Source: an uncultured delta proteobacterium
Lineage (GTDB): Bacteria > Desulfobacterota > WTBG01 > CAIYCZ01
Assembly: GCA_963803975.1 (NCBI GenBank)
Contig: CAWDOY010000043.1
Span: forward strand, 1 to 24,296
DNA: 24,296 nt
Direction: 5' to 3'
Below the pieces are notes generated by a model. The model made no database searches. It was not told where the DNA came from and was given only the letters and a program-made list of their open reading frames with translations. Below, in pieces: positions 16,009-24,296 of this stretch. How positions within the stretch are numbered: position 1 is the first letter of the stretch; the number at the start of each line of letters is the position of its first letter. The position numbers and the translations under genes are program-made.

Positions 16009-16073
16009 ATTTGGAACTCAGGAACTCACAAAAGTAAAAACAAAAATTTCCTGATTTCTTGAGTTCCAGATTT
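16009..16073. repeat. GGAACTCA palindromic element, copy 2
   Basis: TTGGAACTCAGGAACTCAC…TTTCCTGATTTCTTGAGTTCCAGATTT matches the reverse complement of 12269-12337 except in the loop. Confidence 0.8.
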
Positions 16074-16177
16074 TTAATTTTTCTTGCCAAAAAAAACACG
16101 AAAATAACAACCAGGGACCTAACCGTGCCTGTCTCTGCCTCCCCCCGGCTCTGTAGCTTTTTTACACTGTTTAGCAT

Positions 16178-16221
16178 AAAAAAACAAGTGCCTGCTGCGC
16201 TATATCCGCAGCAGGCACTTG
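16178..16221 (-). terminator. Rho-independent terminator of the atp operon
   Basis: Perfect 15-bp stem CAAGTGCCTGCTGCG / CGCAGCAGGCACTTG with a 7-nt loop and U7 on the minus strand. Confidence 0.9.
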
Positions 16222-16248
16222 GTAAAAAATCATGTGTTGTGTAGTCTG

Positions 16249-16667
16249 TCAATGGGTCAGGCCGCCCAAGGCAATTTTCAGCCGGCACTCAGCCCGGACC
16301 AGGGCATCCCGTGCTCTCTGCACGTCGGTAGTCTGATCCCGGTGCGCAAGCCGCTGCTCGGCACGCTCTTTTGCAGCAGTTGCCCGCCGCACATCTATCT
16401 TCTCCCCGGCTTCGGCACTCCGGACAAGAATGGTAACTCCCTCAAGGGACACCATGATAAAGCCGTCATTTACAAAAACAAGTTTTTCTTTTTTACCGGT
16501 ATCGCGCACCTTAAGGATGCCGATGCCGACCTTTGATATCAGCGGGGCATGCCCGGGCAGTATGCCCAGGCTGCCGTTACCGGCAGGAAGCACGATGGAC
16601 GCAGCGTCCTGTCTTATGAGGACCTTCTCCGGGGTAATGACCTCAAGGCTGAAACTATCTTTTTTCA

Positions 16668-16668
<1 letters not shown>
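16249..16668 (-). CDS. atpC: ATP synthase F1 epsilon subunit
   Basis: LEVITPEK, GSLGILPGHAPLIS, IDVRRA. The ATG at 16668 overlaps the atpD stop; a GTG at 16671 is an alternative start. Confidence 0.95.
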
Positions 16669-19042
<2,374 letters not shown>

Positions 19043-19054
19043 GGTGTTTGTTTA

Positions 19055-20576
19055 CTATTTAAAATCCTGTTTGTATTCAGCCACTGCCTTCTTCAGCCCC
19101 TCGGTAACTTCACTGGTCAGCTCCTTGGTCGCTCTCAGTTTCTCGCATACCTGGGGATACTTCTCACCGATAAATTTAAGAAAGCCCCGTTCAAAGTCCT
19201 TGATGCGGGGCACCGGCACCTCATCAATGAACCCCTGCCCGGCAACATAAAGGATGACTACCTGCTGGTCTGTCGGGTACGGTTGGTACTGGGGCTGCTT
19301 CAGGATTTCTATCAGCCGCTCTCCGCGGTTCAGCTGGGCCTGCGTTGACTTGTCCAGCTCAGAGCCGAATTTGGTAAAAGCGGCAAGCTCGCGATACTGC
19401 GCGAGATCCAGGCGCAGCGAACCAGCCACTTTTTTCATAGCCTTGTTCTGGGCATTGCCGCCCACGCGGGACACCGAAAGCCCTGCGTTCACTGCAGGCC
19501 GGATGCCGGCATAAAACAGGTCGCTCTCGAGATATATCTGCCCGTCGGTAATGGAGATGACATTGGTGGGGATGTAGGCTGAAAAATCGCCGGCCTGGGT
19601 TTCAACAATCGGCAGCGCGGTTAAGGAGCCGGCACCGAGTGGATTACTCAGTTTTGCGGCCCGTTCCAGAAGTCGCGAATGCAGGTTGAAAATATCGCCG
19701 GGGAATGCTTCCCGTCCGGGCGGGCGCCGGAGCAAGCAGCGATACCTGCCGGTAGGCAACCGCATGTTTCCACAGGTCATCATATATCACCAGGGCATGC
19801 CGTTTGGTATCCCGGAATTCCTCGCCCATGGCGCACCCGGCAAAGGGAGCAATATACTGCATCGGAGCGGGATCGCTGGCTGTCGCGGCAACGATCGTCG
19901 TGTACTCCATGGCGCCGTATTTCTGCAGCGTTTCCATCACGCTCAAGACGGTTGACTGCTTTTGGCCAATTGCTACATAGATACAGTAAACAGGATTGCC
20001 TGCTTCATATTCCGCCTTCTGGTTGATGATGGTATCAATGCAGATAGCTGTTTTACCGGTCTGGCGGTCGCCGATGATGAGCTCGCGCTGGCCGCGACCG
20101 ATGGGAATCATGGAATCAATGGCCTTGATGCCCGTCTGCAGCGGCTCTTTAACCGGCTGCCGCTGGACGACATTGGGGGAACCTCCTTCAATAGGCCGCT
20201 TTTTTTCCGCCAGTATCGGTCCCTTGCCGTCGATGGGCTCTCCCAGAGCATTCACCACCCGGCCGAGCAGAGCGTCTCCGACCGGTACTGAAATAACCTG
20301 GCCGGTGCACTTGACCGTCATCCCCTCTTTTATTTCACTGGCATCGCCCAGCAGGATGGCGCCAACCGTGTCCTCTTCCAGATTGAGCGCAATCCCGTAG
20401 ACGCCGTGAGGAAATTCCAGCAGTTCGGACGCCTTGCATTTATCCAGTCCGTAAATACGGGCAACGCAGTCTCCCACCTGGAGAACCGTGCCCACACTTT
20501 CCATCTTCAGCTCTTCTTTATAATCCTCAATTTCCTTCTGGATTATAGAAGTTATTTCTTCTGCCCTCAGTTCCAA
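19055..20576 (-). CDS. atpA: ATP synthase F1 alpha subunit (one apparent +1 frameshift)
   Basis: [32 protein letters not shown]. Removing one base at 19734-19735 restores SLLLRRPPG (506 aa). TTG start at 20576 with an AGGAG RBS. Confidence 0.95.
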
Positions 20577-20616
20577 GGCTATCAACTCCTTTTTATTTAT
20601 AATAATTTAATTGCAA

Positions 20617-21165
20617 TCAGCTTACATTAAGTTCCAGGATGTGTTTCTGCAGTTTATCCAGCCTGCCGCGGATGCTTCCATCCAGCACATCATTGCCGAT
20701 GAAGATCTGCAGTCCGCCGAGAATGCCGGCTTCAACGGCAAATTGCACTTCAACCATGCTCTTCAATTTCTTTTCCAGGACCGCTTTACAGGTATGCTGT
20801 TGTTCCGGGGAAAGGTCAATGGCAGAATTCACCCGTGCTTTTACAATGCCGCGCATCCTGTCCGCATCATGTTTATAGGCTTCATACAAGACGGCGATAA
20901 TTGCTTCCCGCTTTTTTTCCACCAGAAGATGCAGGAACCGCTTAACGGTATCAGTCAGCCTGGTGCCGAACAAGTCATCCAGCAGCTTCTTTTTGCGCAC
21001 CCGGGATATCTTCGGGTGCAGCAGGATATGCATGAATTCCGCATTGCTTTTCAGGAGCTGGTCAACGTACTGCAGCTGCCGTTCGACCTCTTCGGTCTTG
21101 TTCTGCTGCGCTGCAATATCCAGCAGCGCCAAAACGTAGCGTTCGGTGATCTTGCTCTGGATCAA
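20617..21165 (-). CDS. atpH: ATP synthase F1 delta subunit
   Basis: ITERYVLALL, FLHLLVEKKR, ILGGLQIFIG…DGSIRGRL; operon position. Confidence 0.93.
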   Translation of the reverse strand: MIQSKITERYVLALLDIAAQQNKTEEVERQLQYVDQLLKSNAEFMHILLHPKISRVRKKKLLDDLFGTRLTDTVKRFLHLLVEKKREAIIAVLYEAYKHDADRMRGIVKARVNSAIDLSPEQQHTCKAVLEKKLKSMVEVQFAVEAGILGGLQIFIGNDVLDGSIRGRLDKLQKHILELNVS

Positions 21166-21668
21166 GAGGGCAGTCCCCCTATCTCACGCATGACGTCGTT
21201 GGCGAGCTTTTCAGCAGTTCCCTGATCGATCGTTTTTTCAATCAGCCGGGTGGTGAGAAGCACTGAGAGCTTGACCACTTCCGTGCGAATCTCGGCGATG
21301 GCCTTCTTTTTCTCCTGCTCAAGCTCGGCAAGCCGCTTCTCACGAAGGCTGTCAGCCTCGCGGCGCGCTTTTTCCAGGATCTCCTGCCCGGCCTGCGTCG
21401 CTTTCTTGCCGGCTTCCAGAATGACCGTGTCAGCCTTCTCCTGAATCTCGTTCAACCGTCTCTCATACTGTTCCTTGAGATCCTTCACCTCGGCGCGGGT
21501 CTTTTCATTCTCTTCATAGGTTTTTCTGATTTCATCGCCGCGGGCCTGAATCATGCCGCTGACCCGGCCGAAGAGATATTTTTTCAGTATCCAGAAGAGT
21601 ATGAGAAAGCCGACCAGCTGGACAACAAGGGGCTTAAAATTTAGTCCGAGTGCTTTTATTGCATCCAT
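21162..21668 (-). CDS. atpF: ATP synthase F0 b subunit
   Basis: N-terminal transmembrane segment (VQLVGFLILFWILKKYLF) followed by a coiled coil; operon position. Confidence 0.93.
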   Translation of the reverse strand: MDAIKALGLNFKPLVVQLVGFLILFWILKKYLFGRVSGMIQARGDEIRKTYEENEKTRAEVKDLKEQYERRLNEIQEKADTVILEAGKKATQAGQEILEKARREADSLREKRLAELEQEKKKAIAEIRTEVVKLSVLLTTRLIEKTIDQGTAEKLANDVMREIGGLPS

Positions 21669-21689
21669 GTGAGAGCTTCTTTTACCTTA

Positions 21690-21965
21690 TCAGCCGCCGA
21701 TTGCCTTGATTACTTCAAGCATCTCTGTCGAATTGGGCAATTTCCCCAGCAGGAGAATGCCGATGACCAGGCTGTAAATGGTTAGTGCTTCGATCAGGGC
21801 CGCACCGATAATTAAGGTGGTGCGAAGCTCTCCTGATGACTCCGGCTGTCTGGCTGTTCCCTCAAGTGCTGATGAGGTTGCTCTCCCCAGACCGGCACCG
21901 CCGCCAAGGGCTGCCAGCCCGATTGCTAAACCGATAGCTAAACCTATAAGTCCAAAATACCACAT
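21690..21965 (-). CDS. atpE: ATP synthase F0 c subunit
   Basis: GxGxG-type helix, ARQPE loop, ALIEALTIY carboxylate; GGAGG RBS 8 nt before the ATG at 21965. Confidence 0.95.
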   Translation of the reverse strand: MWYFGLIGLAIGLAIGLAALGGGAGLGRATSSALEGTARQPESSGELRTTLIIGAALIEALTIYSLVIGILLLGKLPNSTEMLEVIKAIGG

Positions 21966-22056
21966 TACCACGTCCTCCTTTGCTAATTGTTGGTTAAAGA
22001 CTACGTATATACTGCAGGCACGGATACGAACACTATGCGCTCATATTTCCCGGCTA

Positions 22057-22852
22057 TCAATGCTCGTGCTCGCCGCCCTCCATCGCTCCAATCGCTGACC
22101 CGATGTAGATTGAAGCAAGCAGGGTAAAAACTACCGCCTGCACCGTGCTGAACAGCAGCGCCAGCAGCAGCATAACCACGTGAAAGGGAATGGGGATATA
22201 TCCCAGAATAAACGGCGTTAAAAAAATGAGGCTGGCGATGGCAATATCCTCTCCGGTAAGATTGCCGAACAGACGCAGGGAGAGCGAAATCGGCCGCGCT
22301 ATCTCTCCGATAAGATGTATGGGCAGCATCAGCGGCGCCAGCATCAGCGGCTCCATGAAATGCTTTAAATAGCCCCACACCCCTTTTACTCTCATTCCCT
22401 CATATTGCGTGGTCGCAAATACCACCAGGGCCAGCGCCAGCGTGGTATTTAATTTGTTGGTCGGAGAGTGCATCAGCGGAATGAGCCCCCATAGGTTCAT
22501 AAGGATAATGTACAGGAACAGGGACCCGAGCAGCGGAATATAGCGCGGTGCAGCAGGACCAATGATGCCGGTAAAGAAGTTCGTGAGCGCTTCAACCACC
22601 AGCTCAATAAACGCCTGGGGGCCCCGGGGAACCTTTTCCATCTTTCTGGTGCACCACAGGGTCACGACAATGAGCAGCACCGCAACCATCCAGGACATGA
22701 CAATCGGTATCCAGTCATGGTACCCTATACCCAAGGAACTCGCTGTGCTTATTTATTCCAAGAAAATCAAAAAATGAAGGCAGCTCGTTGGCTGATGATT
22801 CTGCAGCAGCAGCATGTGTTGCTGCTGCGTGACTGGTAGCTTGTTCGGTCAT
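22057..22852 (-). CDS. atpB: ATP synthase F0 a subunit (one apparent +1 frameshift near the N-terminus)
   Basis: RPISLSLRLFGN and VQAVVFTLL motifs. The ATG at 22852 overlaps the atpI stop (ATGA). Removing one base at 22730-22732 gives MTEQATSHAAATH…FLGIGYHDW… (264 aa). Confidence 0.92.
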
Positions 22853-23246
22853 TTGGGTGCTCGGCGTTTTTTAAACAGGTTACTGGTTCCTAAGCAGACA
22901 ATAGCGATTTGGGTCACTCCAATTCCGGCAACCAGAGCAAAAAGATTCATATTCAGGTAACGGAAAGCAAAATACATGGCCACCCCGACAACGGGCAGCT
23001 TAAATACAAAAACGAGAACGGCAAATAATGTTTCAACCGGCCTCTGACCCTCTTTCTTGCGAAATATTACCGAGATCGTCCACCAGAGGGATACAAACAG
23101 GACTATGCTTAATATGGAGCCTACGATTAAGCCGGTGGTAATGGGCCGGTTGTTAAATAAAAGGGATACGGCTATCAAAATAGCGGAGATTAAAATTGAT
23201 AAAAAAAAATACTTTTGGGGTAATCCCGCTTGGAATCAGCCGGCAT
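22849..23246 (-). CDS. atpI: ATP synthase subunit I (4-TM), apparent 1-base deletion in an A9 tract
   Basis: Hydrophobic ORF immediately upstream of atpB. The ATG at 23246 becomes in-frame if one base is added to the A9 at 23201-23209 (132 aa). Confidence 0.7.
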
Positions 23247-23472
23247 TCTTTGACCTTTTTGCAAATCGACTAACGGTTTTGAAAAATTCCGCAAACGCTC
23301 CGATAACACTCAGCAGCAAACAGACAAGCAGACCCCATGGACCGGTTCCCAATTTGTTATCAATATAGCTCCCTATGAAATAACCGACCAGGATGGAAGC
23401 TGCCATCATAAAACCAAAGCTTCCAAAAAGGGCAAAACTGCGGAAGGCTTTTTCCAAGCTTTCCCTCTTCAA
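23236..23472 (-). CDS. AtpZ/AtpI family (ATPase gene 1) small membrane protein
   Basis: GFMMAASILVGYFIGSYIDNKLGTGPWGLLVCLLL pattern; first gene of the atp operon. Confidence 0.85.
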   Translation of the reverse strand: MKRESLEKAFRSFALFGSFGFMMAASILVGYFIGSYIDNKLGTGPWGLLVCLLLSVIGAFAEFFKTVSRFAKRSKNAG

Positions 23473-23674
23473 TGGTCCACAATCTCCTGATATTCACACT
23501 GAGGGAAATAGTAGAGACTATGAATTAAAGAAAACGTGCCGGTTTGTCAAGAACTTTTTGTCTCTACTATGTGCTGCTCGTTATTTATTAAGTTCAGCAC
23601 ACTGCCGCACGCATAGTGCTGTTTAGTTTTTGCGGCTGCACGCGCTACCCTGCGGGCAAGGCTAACGGTGCCCA

Positions 23675-24296
23675 TTAAAAACTGATTGGTCTTTTCCGCT
23701 TGTATCTAAGGCCCTGAAGGATCGCTCCGAACAATATGCCGATTAAAAGCGTGCTTGCTCCTGCAACAAACCACATGAGCATGGTGTAGTCCCGGAGCTG
23801 TTTATTTTTTTCCGTGAGCTGGGTTATGGTGAGCGTGTTTTTGCGGTTTTCTTCCGCTAGCCGGTCATGCTCCTGTTTGATGCCGATGACATTGGCACTG
23901 CTGGCTTTTAGCTCCTGGTACTGACTCTCCAGGGTTTTGGCCTTTTCGCCCAGCAGGGCGGAAGAATCTGCAATCGATTTTCTCTGTTCCTGGAGTTTTT
24001 GATACTCCTGGTTCAGGGCCGCATGCTCTCCTTTCAGCTGTTCAATCTCGGTTCGCAAATTTGCAATCACCATCGGGCCGGGAAGCTCTCTGGTGAGATA
24101 GCGGCGCAGCACCCAGCCTTCAATGCCGCCTTCCGTGCGCACATAATAATAATCATCTTCCGTCTTCAATACCTCAAGGGGCTCATGGGCTTTCTTAATG
24201 GCCAGAATTTTAAATTCCACCCCCTTGACCTCCGCGGATCATAACCTCAAGGTTGTCGTTTACATACATGGTCTCTGCCGCTGCAAAACGCGGCAG
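23675..24296 (-). CDS. SH3-domain/coiled-coil/C-terminal TM protein (YgiM/TIGR04211-like); 5' end outside window, one apparent +1 frameshift
   Basis: AAETMYVNDNLEVMIRGGQG joins VEFKILA…GIEGWVLRRYL after removing one base from the C5 run at 24220-24224. A coiled coil is followed by the TM segment MWFVAGASTLLIGILFG and a basic tail. Confidence 0.8.

Noticed and set aside
22803..22828. GCAGCAGCAGC…GTTGCTGCTGC hairpin upstream of the tracked atpB ORF
   Set aside because: It lies within the repaired atpB N-terminus and is explained by runs of Ala codons.
19055..22852. atpA/atpB as true pseudogenes or programmed frameshifts
   Set aside because: Both halves are fully conserved, there are no slippery heptamers, and similar indels occur throughout the window, so sequencing error is more parsimonious.
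23179..23238. TGA read-through (e.g. selenocysteine) fusing atpZ to atpI, which are in the same frame as given
   Set aside because: No SECIS-like hairpin is evident, and a one-base error in the A9 run restores a normal overlapping ATG at 23246.

Overview
Bacterial chromosomal window whose gene content is most consistent with a Deltaproteobacteria/Desulfobacterota-type anaerobe (inference). The housekeeping backbone has three blocks. (1) A minus-strand run of nitroreductase-tmk-holB-ricT-metG-pgsA-tRNA-Gly(GCC)-tRNA-Cys(GCA). (2) A plus-strand run of B12-binding mutase subunit-meaB-mce. (3) A complete minus-strand F-type ATP synthase operon (atpZ-I-B-E-F-H-A-G-D-C) downstream of an SH3-domain membrane protein gene. 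Other genes are two PNPOx-like flavin-binding genes, yedE and rfbC. Seven genes, including atpA and atpB, carry single-base indels that look like sequencing errors. The most unusual signal concerns two unrelated secreted-protein genes 11 kb apart: a 699-aa ferrochelatase-fold/ZU5-like protein next to tRNA-Cys and a PHB-depolymerase-like esterase. They share both a ~110-bp 5' promoter module and a ~130-150-bp 3' module. At the tRNA locus a third piece of the 3' module is joined directly to the promoter module, which suggests a gene-cassette or tandem-array system. Intergenic spaces also contain many 7/8/9-mer tandem-repeat hairpins and a MITE-like element. All alignments and identities were counted by eye.
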